A DNA stretch of 63,654 bases, filler included, from Octopus bimaculoides (lineage: Eukaryota): NCBI RefSeq assembly GCF_001194135.2. It is 5 parts of 5 records of this genome, joined end to end, with 100 filler letters (N's around TTAATTAATTAA, not from the genome) between each part and the next. Parts side by side here need not be neighbours in the genome. Positions count along the whole stretch, not along the records: positions 26,320 to 56,669 come from NC_068992.1; 4 more parts are not named here. One strand, given 5' to 3'. Below are positions 26,838 through 40,670 of the stretch, in pieces (position 1 is the first letter of the stretch; the number at the start of each line of letters is the position of its first letter). The position numbers and the translations under genes were made by a program. The notes below the pieces were generated by a model. That model searched no databases, was not told the origin of the DNA, and was given only the letters and a program-made list of their open reading frames with translations.

Positions 26838-26980
26838 ACAGTTTTATATTTAAGAGATAAGGAATTATGTACATTATTTACATTATTTACATTTGTCCTC
26901 ATCCTGTTTGTTGTTAACACAACGTTTCGGCTGATATACCCTCCAGCCTTCATCAGGTGTCTTGGGGAAATTTCGAACCT
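26838..26980 (-). mobile_element. PLE pLTR-like repeat, family 1 (5'-truncated)
   Basis: Near-identical to 42528-42715 and 59588-59760; has an 11-nt deletion between two ATTTG repeats downstream of the ribozyme. Confidence 0.85.
26916..26961 (-). ncRNA. minimal type I hammerhead ribozyme motif (family 1)
   Basis: Minus strand GACAC-CUGAUGA-A-GGCUG(GAGGGUAUAU)CAGCC-GAAA-CG-UU^GUGUU. Helix I has 5 bp including one G.U, helix II has 5 bp, and helix III is the palindromic ACGU. Confidence 0.8.
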
Positions 26981-28134
26981 TGAACATTAGAAAGCTAGTG
27001 AACAATGAAGGAGAATATATTATTGACTGATTTTTGATAGAAAGAATGGACAAGATGAATGAATTTATCTCACATCTCACTGTGCGTGTGAGCCTGCGTG
27101 CGTGTGTGTGTGTGTGTTTGCATGTGAGTGTGTGCATATACAGACGCTCACAAACACACAAAGACAAACATACACATACAAAACTCTATACACGCACACT
27201 CCTAACCTATGCATTCACACTCACACACCCTTCTAGATACATACATATACACACATACACCTATGAACCCACTCATATATTTGTGTGTACAGCAGGAACG
27301 TAGTTAGGCTCTCGGTTCGGTAATAATACGTGTAAGGAGTGTAATGCCGGTCTTGCGTGTGTGTGTATATATACATATATATATATATATATANNNNNNN
27401 NNNNNNNNNNNNNNNNNNNNNNNNNNNNNNNNNNNNNNNNNNNNNNNNNNNNNNNNNNNNNNNNNNNNNNNNNNNNNNNNNNNNNNNNNNNNNNNNNNNN
27501 NNNNNNNNNNNNNNNNNNNNNNNNNNNNNNNNNNNNNNNNNNNNNNNNNNNNNNNNNNNNNNNNNNNNNNNNNNNNNNNNNNNNNNNNNNNNNNNNNNNN
27601 NNNNNNNNNNNNNNNNNNNNNNNNNNNNNNNNNNNNNNNNNNNNNNNNNNNNNNNNNNNNNNNNNNNNNNNNNNNNNNNNNNNNNNNNNNNNNNNNNNNN
27701 NNNNNNNNNNNNNNNNNNNNNNNNNNNNNNNNNNNNNNNNNNNNNNNNNNNNNNNNNNNNNNNNNNNNNNNNNNNNNNNNNNNNNNNNNNNNNNNNNNNN
27801 NNNNNNNNNNNNNNNNNNNNNNNNNNNNNNNNNNNNNNNNNNNNNNNNNNNNNNNNNNNNNNNNNNNNNNNNNNNNNNNNNNNNNNNNNNNNNNNNNNNN
27901 NNNNNNNNNNNNNNNNNNNNNNNNNNNNNNNNNNNNNNNNNNNNNNNNNNNNNNNNNNNNNNNNNNNNNNNNNNNNNNNNNNNNNNNNNNNNNNNNNNNN
28001 NNNNNNNNNNNNNNNNNNNNNNNNNNNNNNNNNNNNNNNNNNNNNNNNNNNNNNNNNNNNNNNNNNNNNNNNNNNNNNNNNNNNNNNNNNNNNNNNNNNN
28101 NNNNNNNNNNNNNNNNNNNNNNNNNNNNNNNNNN

Positions 28135-28164
<30 letters not shown>

Positions 28165-28169
<5 letters not shown>

Positions 28170-28520
28170 TTGACTCTGTGCTCAGAAGCTTGCTTCTGAA
28201 CGACATGGCTACGGTTTCAGTCCCACTACGTGGTACATTGGGCAAGGGTCTTCTACTATAGACACGGGCCGAACAAAGCCTTGTGAGTGGATTTGGTAGA
28301 CGTGTGCATGTGCATGTGTGTATCTGTGTGAGTGCTTGTATCTGTGTTTGTTCCCCACTATTGTTTACAACCGATGTTGGTATGCTTACGTTCCTGCGAC
28401 CTAGTTGTTCGGTAAAAAGTGTCCGATAGAATGAGTACCGGGGTCGATTCGTTTGACAAAAATTCTTCAAGGCGGTACTCCAGCATTGCCGTAGTCTACT
28501 GACTGAAACAAGTAAAATAT
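28165..28520 (+). mobile_element. SINE family A, full length, diverged
   Basis: Head ...TTCAGTCCCACTACGTGGTACATTGGGCAAGGGTCTTCTACTATAG..., tail ...GACTGAAACAAGTAAAA. Confidence 0.85.
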
Positions 28521-29269
28521 AAAACACACACACATACACACGCACAAACACACATACACACACGCAAACTCACACACACATACACACACCCATAAACACA
28601 AACTCTCACACACACACACAAACTCATACACACAGATACACACACACACACAAACTCATACACAGACACACACACAAAAACAGAAACTCTCTCACGCACA
28701 CAGATACACACACAAACTCACACACAGTCACACACACACACACACGTACAAACTCACACACAGACACACACACACATAAACACAAACTCTCTCACGCACA
28801 CACAGACTCACACGTGCACACAGACCTATACACACACAAACTCACACACACACATATACGCAAACTCACACACACACACACACATGCACACACACAAACT
28901 CACACATACGCATACACGCACACAAACACGCACAAACACAGATACAGACACACACACATACACACACACACACATACACACGTACACATACACAGTCCAT
29001 CTACCTTAAAACTCTTAGGAAGTTGGGTCGATCCTAGGCGAGGGAAAATGAAACTCAGTCAAGTTGTCACGCGATGGGATCGAACTGGAAATCTCGCGAA
29101 AGCGAAACGAAGAGAGAAAGTGTGTGTGCGCGTGTGGTTACATGCGCGCGCGTGCGTGTGTATGTGTGTGTGTGTTGTGTGTTTGTGTTTGTGCGTGACA
29201 TAGAGAGAGGGAGATGTGATAGAAAGAGTGAGAGTGCGAGAGAGTGATGTGGGAAAGAGCGAGTGACAG

Positions 29270-29314
<45 letters not shown>

Positions 29315-30189
29315 GAGAGGGAAAGAGAGTGAGAGAGACAGGGAGAGAGAGAGAGAGAGAGTAAAAGAAACAGTGACAGAAAGAGCGAGGGGGAGATGTG
29401 GCAGAGTGAGAAAGAGAGCGAGTGTGAACGAGTGAGGGAAACAGAGCAAGAGAGAGAAGTGAGAGAAAGGGTGCGTGAGATAGATGTGTGAGAGAGAGAG
29501 CGATAGAGGGAGAGAGAGAGAGCAACAGAGGGAGAGAGAGAGCGGCAGGGGAGAGAGAGAGGGGATGAAGAGTAGGGGCAGGATTTGACAGAATCCCTAG
29601 GTNNNNNNNNNNNNNNNNNNNNNNNNNNNNNNNNNNNNNNNNNNNNNNNNNNNNNNNNNNNNNNNNNNNNNNNNNNNNNNNNNNNNNNNNNNNNNNNNNN
29701 NNNNNNNNNNNNNNNNNNNNNNNNNNNNNNNNNNNNNNNNNNNNNNNNNNNNNNNNNNNNNNNNNNNNNNNNNNNNNNNNNNNNNNNNNNNNNNNNNNNN
29801 NNNNNNNNNNNNNNNNNNNNNNNNNNNNNNNNNNNNNNNNNNNNNNNNNNNNNNNNNNNNNNNNNNNNNNNNNNNNNNNNNNNNNNNNNNNNNNCACACA
29901 CACACACACAGAATGCGTACACACTCATACACACGCATACGCACGTATGAGCACGCCCCGCGCGCCCGTATATTGAGATATACTCGACCGCTTAAGAAGT
30001 TAAATTTATTGAAATATCGAATTATAAATTCGACAATACACAAATTTATCAATCTATCAATTTATCTATGTCTGTCATTGAACCTGTATCTGTTTATCTT
30101 TCTGTTTGCTGCCAATCTGTCTTTCTATAAGGCCATCTGTGAGTCTATCTGACTATACATACATACATACATACATACATACATACATA

Positions 30190-30650
30190 ATTTCCACAAA
30201 AACAGTGATGTGGACTGCCTCTACCTAAATGTAAGCAAGGCGAAAGAGGCTTAACATTCATCCAAAATGCCTTTGAATGTCGCATCATATCTCTTCGACA
30301 ACATCTTTTAACCAGCAAGCGTCGAAGTTCATCCCTTGACCAACTTTGTATACATGAGGCTGATAACATCATAAGAGTTTGACGGCAGCTCCTTGAGCAA
30401 CACTCTTTGTCTGATAACCTAGAATACAAGCCCAACATATCGCACGACTCTACCGCAATGTATCATGAGATGAAAGGACGAGCCTATATGAGCAGAAGTC
30501 TACGCATGGATATGTTAGTAGAAAGCTCTGTGATGATAGTAACATCGATCATCAAAGCAGTTTATCATGGACGAATAGCCGGATTATTACCTCCCACTTT
30601 GAAGGGTATGCGTTTGCAATCCAGGAACAGGAAATACTATCCTTCCTTAA
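30190..30650 (+). mobile_element. RLE-type (R2/R4-group) retrotransposon fragment (end of RT to post-RT block)
   Basis: Frames read FHKNSDVDCLYL...GERGLTFIQNAFECRIISLRQHL and STHGYVSRKL...IDHQSSLSWTNSRIITSHFEGYAFAIQEQEI, typical of the SDV.RLY...GGRGL and EG...AIQEQ motifs. Confidence 0.8.
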
Positions 30651-30654
30651 TACC

Positions 30655-31240
30655 CATATGCTGTTCATATCTGCACTCGGTCTACTTAGGAGGTCATCAT
30701 GTCATAGCATATGTGCTGCTTCTTTTAGTTCTCGTATTTTCCAGTGGTGTTCTCTGTCTATTATTATAACTTCATCTCACAGGGGGAGGTAGTCTCCATT
30801 TTTCCATACATGATCAGCTATACCCGATTTATGAATATCTGCCCGTGTCACGGCTTTGCGATGCTCCTCTACCCTTATTTTGAGAGGGAGAAATGTTTCA
30901 CCTTTGTATAACCTACCACAGCTGCATTGGATGGAGTACATACAGTTCTTGATCATATTCTCTTCTATTGGTGGTTTTGCCCGATGGAGATATTTGCGAA
31001 GTGTTGTATTACTCTTGAATACTGTCCTGATGTCATATGGGCCGCATATCTTTTGTATCTTTTCGGAGAGGCCTTTCACATAGGGTAGACAGACTGTGGA
31101 CAGTTTATCGGTTTCATCCTCTCTTTTCTTCATAATTGGAGTGGAGAGTATGCTTTTGGGGTAGTTGTTGCTTAATAGATTGTTACTGAGCTTGATCATT
31201 TCTTCGTGGTGGGTATCACAATCACTACTTATATTCATTG
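30655..31240 (-). mobile_element. Penelope-like element, C-terminal GIY-YIG endonuclease region
   Basis: ORF 30777-31238: NNYPKS...LPYVKGLSEKIQKICGPYDIRTVFKSNTTLRKYL...NCMYSIQCSCGRLYKGET...LKIRVEEHRKAV...KSGIADHVW. This is the PLE GIY-YIG signature (VYxIxCxCxxxYIGET...R..EH...H). Confidence 0.92.
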
Positions 31241-31427
31241 CTCGATGTTTAGCCTAGAGTCATTTGCTTAGAAGAAGCCTCTGTTTGCTCTCTATAAATT
31301 TCTCGGTAGCACGGAGATGCATATAAAAGTTTTATATTATAAAATAGCCTTTTTTATATTTATTGTAAAATAAAACTCGTACACCTGGGTCTCGTAAAGC
31401 AGGTCCTTGTAACGTGTGTGGTATTTA

Positions 31428-31510
<83 letters not shown>

Positions 31511-32218
31511 TTATATATAAATGACGATAAGATCGATATTTAAAAATCGATTTTATCAAGTGGCCAGCAGGTAATTTTTGATAGTTTTTTTTTGTTTCTT
31601 CGTCTTTGCCCCTGGTGCTATATGAACACTTATTGTGGTTTAGAGTCAAGGTTTGGCTGCTATTTTTAGCATGGCGGTATCTCTTAGATACCCTATATTA
31701 TAATTTTATATATATNNNNNNNNNNNNNNNNNNNNNNNNNNNNNNNNNNNNNNNNNNNNNNNNNNNNNNNNNNNNNNNNNNNNNNNNNNNNNNNNNNNNN
31801 NNNNNNNNNNNNNNNNNNNNNNNNNNNNNNNNNNNNNNNNNNNNNNNNNNNNNNNNNNNNNNNNNNNNNNNNNNNNNNNNNNNNNNNNNNNNNNNNNNNN
31901 NNNNNNNNNNNNNNNNNNNNNNNNNNNNNNNNNNNNNNNNNNNNNNNNNNNNNNNNNNNNNNNNNNNNNNNNNNNNNNNNNNNNNNNNNNNNNNNNNNNN
32001 NNNNNNNNNATATATATATATATATATATATACATGTATATGTGTCTCTGTGTGTGTACATATGTCTATTGTGTGTATGCGTGTGTGCGTGTGTGCATAT
32101 GTGCATGTGTGTGTTCATGTGTGTGTGTATGTGTGTGTCTGTATCTGTGTATAAATATAAGTCATACAGACAGACAGATAAATAGATACATAGATAGAAA
32201 GATAAATGTGCATATGTT

Positions 32219-32309
<91 letters not shown>

Positions 32310-33529
32310 NNNNNNNNNNNNNNNNNNNNNNNNNNNNNNNNNNNNNNNNNNNNNNNNNNNNNNNNNNNNNNNNNNNNNNNNNNNNNNNNNNNNNNNNNNN
32401 NNNNNNNNNNNNNNNNNNNNNNNNNNNNNNNNNNNNNNNNNNNNNNNNNNNNNNNNNNNNNNNNNNNNNNNNNNNNNNNNNNNNNNNNNNNNNNNNNNNN
32501 NNNNNNNNNNNNNNNNNNNNNNNNNNNNNNNNNNNNNNNNNNNNNNNNNNNNNNNNNNNNNNNNNNNNNNNNNNNNNNNNNNNNNNNNNNNNNNNNNNNN
32601 NNNNNNNNNNNNNNNNNNNNNNNNNNNNNNNNNNNNNNNNNNNNNNNNNNNNNNNNNNNNNNNNNNNNNNNNNNNNNNNNNNNNNNNNNNNNNNNNNNNN
32701 NNNNNNNNNNNNNNNNNNNNNNNNNNNNNNNNNNNNNNNNNNNNNNNNNNNNNNNNNNNNNNNNNNNNNNNNNNNNNNNNNNNNNNNNNNNNNNNNNNNN
32801 NNNNNNNNNNNNNNNNNNNNNNNNNNNNNNNNNNNNNNNNNNNNNNNNNNNNNNNNNNNNNNNNNNNNNNNNNNNNNNNNNNNNNNNNNNNNNNNNNNNN
32901 NNNNNNNNNNNNNNNNNNNNNNNNNNNNNNNNNNNNNNNNNNNNNNNNNNNNNNNNNNNNNNNNNNNNNNNNNNNNNNNNNNNNNNNNNNNNNNNNNNNN
33001 NNNNNNNNNNNNNNNNNNNNNNNNNNNNNNNNNNNNNNNNNNNNNNNNNNNNNNNNNNNNNNNNNNNNNNNNNNNNNNNNNNNNNNNNNNNNNNNNNNNN
33101 NNNNNNNNNNNNNNNNNNNNNNNNNNNNNNNNNNNNNNNNNNNNNNNNNNNNNNNNNNNNNNNNNNNNNNNNNNNNNNNNNNNNNNNNNNNNNNNNNNNN
33201 NNNNNNNNNNNNNNNNNNNNNNNNNNNNNNNNNNNNNNNNNNNNNNNNNNNNNNNNNNNNNNNNNNNNNNNNNNNNNNNNNNNNNNNNNNNNNNNNNNNN
33301 GAGGATGTGTGGGTGGGTGCATGGGGTGGGGTGGATGGAAGGGGTGGTATCAATGAAGACAGAAGGCGGGTATGAGTGAAGAGAAGAAGTAGGTGTCAGA
33401 TGAGGAGAGGAGAGAATGTGAGTCAGATGAAAAGAGCAGGGGAGTTGAGCCCTTACGGTGCAAAAGAGCGGAGAGAGAAGATTAATTCCTGTTCATATCT
33501 GCTGTTGATTACCTTTCGACCAACAAAAT

Positions 33530-33680
33530 GAAAGCTTCTTCACCGATGGCATTCAAGCACTGCAAGCAACGCAGAAGTGCATGGACCGCAAAGGTGACTA
33601 TGTTGAAAAATAAACCTCATTTGGTCACATTCCATGAGGGTATTTTGGCCAGTCTATGAATTTTTCAGCTGACCCTCGTA
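33530..33680 (+). mobile_element. mariner transposon 3' end
   Basis: FFTDGIQAL...QKCMDRKGDYVEK* (mariner C-terminus), followed by an end ...GACCCTCGTA (TACGAGGG-type TIR plus TA). Confidence 0.8.
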
Positions 33681-35089
33681 TACATATATAATTTTTAAAT
33701 ATTTGAGATTTAGAAATGAAAATTTCAATTCATATGAATTCAGTTTCCTTTTGCATTGTAATATAAAACGGTTTCCTCAATCATAAAGCCTCTTCTGAGA
33801 ACGTCCTCAAGATTTAAGCACTTATTAGAAATATTCTGAAATTGTAACAAAAGCACAAATAAATAAATGAATACAAGAAATTAGTAACAATGGGACGAAC
33901 AAGAGGAAAATTACCGAATGAGAAATTTGAGAAGTGAGTGCCGTGTTATTTGTAGAACAGGATGTGCTTGAGAGATAATTGAAGTTAAAATGGCTGCGTT
34001 ATTAAAATTCCGTTATAAATAACAGTTATTAAGATCCCTGAATCCCCTTATTATTAAATTTAAATCCGAATATGCGCGGAGAGGTGAAGGAAGATAATTG
34101 CAATGCTAATTATTAAATCACAATTAATAAAACCATATTAATATAATTTATGTTTTAAATTTATTAATTTAATTCAATTTATTTATTTATTTATTGAGGT
34201 TAGTGACAGCAAATTTGATCACTCCGCTCTGACTACTGGTTCGTCAAATCTGCTTATGAAACCCAATTGTTTTAGTGGAAATACGACAAAATTACCTTAC
34301 CTTTCGGAAGCGTTTGGAGGTTAACAAAATCGTTAAATCACCACACGTTGTCCTCGTTTCAACTGATCGATACACGATGATGTCACACTGTCCAGGTCCA
34401 GCGACTGGGTGTTTACTTGTCCTATTTTTCATTTTTTTTCTCGTTGTTTACGTATTTCATGCTGTTTGCACCGTTGATGACATCCTTTACCCTCATATGT
34501 ATGTATACACACACACATATATATACATACATATATATATATATATATGTATATATATGTATATATATATATGTATATATATGTGTGTGTGTGTATATGT
34601 ATATANNNNNNNNNNATTATTTAACTGAACAATATTATAGAAATTTTAGATCAGTGACGAGATTGCCACAACTTTCGTTCTTCAATTTTTTAAACTAATA
34701 AATGTCTGTTTTAAGCAATGTTTCGAATGTTATTTCTAGCAACTCCTGTTGGTTTGTTCGTAGCTTTTAAATATCTAATTAGCTCGCGTATGTTCTAATG
34801 TTTTTCACTGTTTACTGCAGCATGTTCAATGTCTTGACATGCTCACTGATGATGGAAGAGGCAGCGAACGCGCTGTTTTCTGATTGGCTGAAAATTCTGA
34901 AAATTATCAACCTTTGAACACATGTAAAATTTTCGCAAAGTTTTTCTGAATTAAATAAATAACAAATTCTGATTCAGTGTCAAAAATTACATCTATATGA
35001 TACGTTAAAAAGCTTTTTAAAGATTTCCACATGCAATGGCGAAAACCACAAAAATCCGTGTTCTCGATATTTCGTTAATTCTTTTAAGG

Positions 35090-35410
35090 TGGTGAGCCGG
35101 CAGAAGCGTTAGCATGCTGGACAAAATATTTAGTAGCATTCTGAGTTCAAATTCTGCCGACGTTGACTTTGCCTTTCATCTTTTCTGGATGATAAAATAA
35201 GTACTAGTTGAGCTGAGCTTTTGAGGGTGAGGGGGATCAATGTAATTGACTTAACTCCGCAACCAAAGGGATAAGTCGATTAGAGAATGGCATGTCATGC
35301 ATCTTCACGTATTGAGTTCAAATACCACCGAGGTCGACTCTGCTTTTCATCCTTCAGGAATCGATAAAATAATTTCTAGTTGAGCACTGAGGTCGGTGTA
35401 TTCGATTAGA
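35090..35410 (+). mobile_element. two tandem SINE family B copies
   Basis: GGTGGTGAGCCGGCAGAAGCGTTAGCA...TTCTGAGTTCAAATTC...GACTTTGCCTTTCATC; a second core at ~35310-35400. Confidence 0.8.
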
Positions 35411-37070
35411 CGACCCCACAAATAAATACATAGATAAATAAAATAATATAAAATAGATAAAATGAATTCAGCAAAAATGTGCCCATAATAGAACAGAAAG
35501 AATTATTTCGGTTATTTTCGTGTATCTTTTGGTCTTTCTGCTGAAGTGTATTCAAGCAACCTTTCACAGTTTACGAGCATATGTCTGTTAACGAAGCTGT
35601 TAAGCCATCAAACACACACACACACATTGCCATGCTCCCATATTGAGAGACACAATGATGGTTCACATTGTATGAGTAATAACGTAGATACTTTATTTCA
35701 ATATGGAGTTTGACTGTATTTCCCAATGTCTCTTTGTTTACGCTGTATCTACAACACAACACACACACACACACATACTTATATACTTGTGCGTATGTAC
35801 ATGTATGTATACAAGCGATTGTGTGTATGTGTTTGTGAGTGAGAAGAGCCGATGATGATTTCCACTGACAAGTGAAACCTTTATATAGCATGAAAAATAT
35901 ATGTTCGCTGTAATATATACGCTCCATTCACATCATACGAGGTGACTGATCGTCTAGAGAGCATTACCAGATCTATTGATCCATTATAGAGAGGTGACGT
36001 CATGGACTGATAGAGCGGAGCAAATCGAACAAAACTTCATCGTCCAATCGTCAATATTCTAGTCACTATTGTTGTTGTTGTTGGTGGTGGTGGAGGTAGT
36101 GGTGTCATTGTTGTTGTTTTTCCGGTTTTTACAAACCAACAATAATTGTTTAGTGACAACTATGATGATGATGTCAGTGGGTGGCCGTTGTTATGGTGGT
36201 GACGGTAGTGGCGGTGGTGGGGGTGAGGATGATGGTCGTGGTGATGGTGGTGGTCGTCGTCGTTGTTATGGTGGTCGTAGTGTTTATGTTGTCGATGGTA
36301 GTGGTGGTGGTGGTGGTGGTGGNNNNNNNNNNNNNNNNNNNNNNNNNNNNNNNNNNNNNNNNNNNNNNNNNNNNNNNNNNNNNNNNNNNNNNNNNNNNNN
36401 NNNNNNNNNNNNNNNNNNNNNNNNNNNNNNNNNNNNNNNNNNNNNNNNNNNNNNNNNNNNNNNNNNNNNNNNNNNNNNNNNNNNNNNNNNNNNNNNNNNN
36501 NNNNNNNNNNNNNNNNNNNNNNNNNNNNNNNNNNNNNNNNNNNNNNNNNNNNNNNNNNNNNNNNNNNNNNNNNNNNNNNNNNNNNNNNNNNGTGGTGGTG
36601 GTGGTGGTGGTGGTGGTAGTAGATGTAGTTACGGTCGCTGGATGTGGAGGCGCAAACGTGACGATGGCCATGTGGCTGGTTGCGATGGCAGTGGTTATGG
36701 TGGTGTGATGGTGATGATTGTGATGGAGGCGAAGGCGATGTTGTGGTGATGGCGGTATTGGTAATGGTGGTGACAGTGGTGGTGATGTTGGTGGTGGTGG
36801 TGTGTGTGATTCGTTTATAACAATCAGTTTTCCCAGTATTTGACAGCATCCGAGAATTTGTTGGTTCGAATCCAGTTGACTGTCTTATGCTTTATTGTTA
36901 GAAGGAGAAAATTCGACGGGGCTATTTCGGCGCAAACGATTTGGCACGGCTGACTGGACACTCAAATTATGTTGGTGTCGGCACGTTTGGAGGCTGAAGA
37001 CGACCGCTCGCGCATGGGCAGAAATATAGATATACAGATGCAGAGATGTAACGTCCTGTACCCAGATATG

Positions 37071-37700
37071 CAGAAACGTTAGCACACCGGGCGAAATGCT
37101 TAGCGTTATTTCATCTGACTTTACGTTCTGAGTCCAAATTTCGCCGAGGTCGATTTTGCTTTTCATCCTTTCGGGGTCGATTAAATAAGTACCAGTTACG
37201 CACGGGCGTCGATATAATCGACTTAATCCGTTTGTCTGCCCTTGTTTGTCCCCGCTGTGTGTAGTCCCTTGTGGGCAGTCAAAGATAAGAAACGTTAGCA
37301 CGCCGGGTGAAATGCTTAGCCGTATTTCGCCTGTCTTTACGTTCTGGGTTCAAATTCCACCGAGGTCGTCTTTGCTTTTCATCCTTTCGGTGTCGATAAA
37401 TTAAGTACCAGTTGCGTACTGGGTCGATCTAATTGACTGCCCCCCCTCCCCCGAAATTTCGAGCTTGTGCTTAGAGTAGAAAAAGGTGGAGAGCTGGTAA
37501 AAACGTAAGCACGCCAGGCGAAATGCTTAGCAGTATTTCGTCTATCTTTATGTTCTGAATTCAAATTCCTCTGAGGTCGACTTTGCCTTTCATCCTTTCG
37601 GGGTCGAAAAAGTAGGTACCAGTTGTGTACTGGAGTCGATATAATCGACTAGCTCCTTCCCCCCAAATTGCGGGCCTTGTGCCTAGATTAGAAAAGAATA
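37071..37700 (+). mobile_element. cluster of three head-to-tail SINE family B copies (one long-tailed, two short-tailed)
   Basis: Units start at ~37071, ~37288 and ~37488, each with AAACGT(T/A)AGCAC...GAAATGCTTAGC...CCGAGGTCG...CATCCTTTCGG. Confidence 0.92.
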
Positions 37701-38014
37701 TATATCTCAGTATAGTATGCTTGTATATACGTATGCATTGTGTCGTAAGTTTTATGTATGTATAGTAAAAATGACTGTGAATGTATATATGTGTGTATGT
37801 ATGATAAACAACTTCTGACTGTATTTATTTCTATTTTGCAGAGTATAATTTTCAACAAACGACAAAAATGAAGAAAAAAAAAAATAAATAAGTTTTTAAA
37901 AAAACTGATTCATTCGGTGCCAACACTTGAATCTGTTTTAGCATTAATTGATTCGTTGTTGCTTTGACATTTGATAGATTAATTTATTTTAAAAACATTT
38001 CCTTATATGTATAC

Positions 38015-38053
<39 letters not shown>

Positions 38054-38406
38054 NNNNNNNNNNNNNNNNNNNNNNNNNNNNNNNNNNNNNNNNNNNNNNN
38101 NNNNNNNNNNNNNNNNNNNNNNNNNNNNNNNNNNNNNNNNNNNNNNNNNNNNNNNNNNNNNNNNNNNNNNNNNNNNNNNNNNNNNNNNNNNNNNNNNNNN
38201 NNNNNNNNNNNNNNNNNNNNNNNNNNNNNNNNNNNNNNNNNNNNNNNNNNNNNNNNNNNNNNNNNNNNNNNNNNNNNNNNNNNNNNNNNNNNNNNNNNNN
38301 NNNNNNNNNNNNNNNNNNNNNNNNNNNNNNNNNNNNNNNNNNTTTTTTTTTAGATATTCTTTCAGACAAAATAACAATGACAATAACAATAATAATAATA
38401 AAAATA

Positions 38407-38446
<40 letters not shown>

Positions 38447-38469
38447 CAACAACAACAACAACAATAATC

Positions 38470-39325
38470 CTTTTTATTATAGGTGCAATGCCTGAAATTT
38501 TTAGGGAGGTGGCAAATCGATTACATCGATCCCAGTGTGTAACTGGTACTTATTCAATCGACTATGAAAGGAGAAAAGGCAAAGTCGACTTCGCTGTAAC
38601 TTGATCTCAGAACATAAAAATTGATGAAATGCCGCTAAGCACTTTGCACGGCGTGCTACCGATTCTGCCAGCTCACCGCTTTGATAATAATAATAATCCT
38701 TTCTACTAAAAGCACAAGGCCTGAAATGTTGGGGGAGAGGAGTAGTCGATTACATTGACCCCAATGTTTCACTGGTGCTTAATTATCGATGCTGAAAAGA
38801 TGAACGGTAAATTCGACCTCAATGGAATTTGAACTCAGAACGAAAGGACAGAAGAAATGCCAGTACGCATTTCGCCCGGCGTGCTAACGATTCTCCCAGT
38901 TCATCGACTAATAATCCCGAAATTTTGGGGGAGGGGCTAGTTGATTAGATCGACCCCAGTACGCAACAGGTACTTAATTTATTGACCCCGAAAGGATGAA
39001 AGGCAAAGTCGACTTCGGCGGAATTTGAACTTAGAACATAAAGACAGACGAAATACAGCTAAGCGTTTCAGCCGGCGTGCTAACGTTTCTTATTTCTTTA
39101 TTGCCCACAAAGAGCTAAACATAGAGGGGACAAACAAGGACAGACAAAGGGATTAAGTCGATTACATCGACCCCAGTGAGTAATTGGTACTTAATGTATC
39201 GACCCCGAAAGGATGAAAGGCAAAGTCGACCTCGGTGGAATTTGAACTCAGAACGTAACGGCAGACGAAATAACGCTAAGCATTTCGCCCGGCGTGTTAA
39301 CGTTTCTGCCAGCTCACCGACTTGT
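38470..39325 (-). mobile_element. cluster of five SINE family B copies on the minus strand
   Basis: Repeated ATCGACCCC...AAAGGATGAAAGGCAAAGTCGAC...GGAATTTGAACTCAGAAC...GGCGTGCTAAC blocks. Confidence 0.9.
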
Positions 39326-39334
39326 AATGGTGAA

Positions 39335-39917
39335 TGAATGTCCTACGTTTGAACAAAACCAATGTAATGTGTGGTGACACGATTTGGTAGCGGAAGTACT
39401 ACACTGGAACCTTTGCAGAAAGTGGAGCTAAAGAGGTGTCAGATCACATAGACTACGCAGAGTTAAAGTGAGCACAAACCACGTAGAGTAGCGGAGTCGG
39501 AGACCAGAATAGTTTGGGATTTTCCAATATCCAAACAGACCAGCAGTGCTTGAGAACAAGCCGGATGTAGTGGTGGTGAGAAAATTGCGTGCCTCTTTGA
39601 CACACGAATAGTTAAAAAGGAAGATAATAAAACAGATATAATCCACTTGAATATCAGATACCGTAGCTATGGAAAATGAAGAAGCAATTATTGTTGGGCC
39701 CTTCGGGACAGTATCCGATGGTATCAAGAGGAATATAAAGGAAATGAGAGTAGAGTGGCCAGTAGAACTGTTACAAAAGGTTTACCTCTTTGGCAAGGCC
39801 GGAATTATTCCCAAAGTATTAGTTAAAAAGAACAGATAGCATGGTGCTTAAGCTACAGTTAGCAAGTCCGCTACGCATGCAAGGCTGGAGGAGTTCCAAC
39901 AAATCCTCACTTAAAAA

Positions 39918-40008
<91 letters not shown>

Positions 40009-40035
40009 GCGATAATAATAATAATAATAACAGCG

Positions 40036-40101
<66 letters not shown>

Positions 40102-40103
40102 GC

Positions 40104-40155
<52 letters not shown>

Positions 40156-40170
40156 GTAGTAATAATGATA
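39335..40170 (+). mobile_element. RLE-type (R4/Dong-like) retrotransposon 3' end followed by a long (AAT)n tract
   Basis: Degenerate ENKPDVVV...IIVGPFGTVSDGIKRNIKEM...PVELLQK frames, homologous to 49977-50216; ends ...GGAGTTCCAACAAA.. then (AAT)n. Confidence 0.75.
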
Positions 40171-40311
40171 ATTTTTCTTTTTAGTCAAGACAAAGGGCCT
40201 GAAATTTTGCGGGGAGGGTGACAAGTCAATTACATCGACCTCACTGGTACTTAATAATAATAATAAGGATGATGATGATAATAGTAATAGTGATGATGAT
40301 AATAGTAATAG

Positions 40312-40358
<47 letters not shown>

Positions 40359-40414
40359 GTGGTGATGGTGGTGGAATTCTCGGGGGTGGAACCTCAATTT
40401 GAAGATAGCTTCAC

Positions 40415-40670
40415 AACTATTTTCTTTCCTTTTCTCTCTTTCCTTCGTTTTTCTTTCTTTCTTCTTTCTTTCCTTCGTTTTTCTTTCTTTCTTCTTTTCT
40501 TTCCCTTTTTCGTTCTTTCTTTCGTTCTTTCTTCCTTTCTTCTTTCCCTCCTTTCCTTCTTTCTTTCTTACCTTCTTTCTTTCCTTCTTTCTTTCTTTCT
40601 TTCTTTCTTTCTTCTTTCCTTCTTCCCTTCTTTCTTTCTTTCTTTCTTTGTTTCTTTCTTTCTTTCTTAA
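40415..40670. repeat. (TTTC)n pyrimidine tract
   Basis: Visible low-complexity tract. Confidence 0.9.

Noticed and set aside
36069-36849. Gly-rich or His-rich ORFs resembling cephalopod structural proteins
   Set aside because: A degenerate (GGT/GAT)n tract open in several frames on both strands and spanning a gap; no specific motif or splice support.
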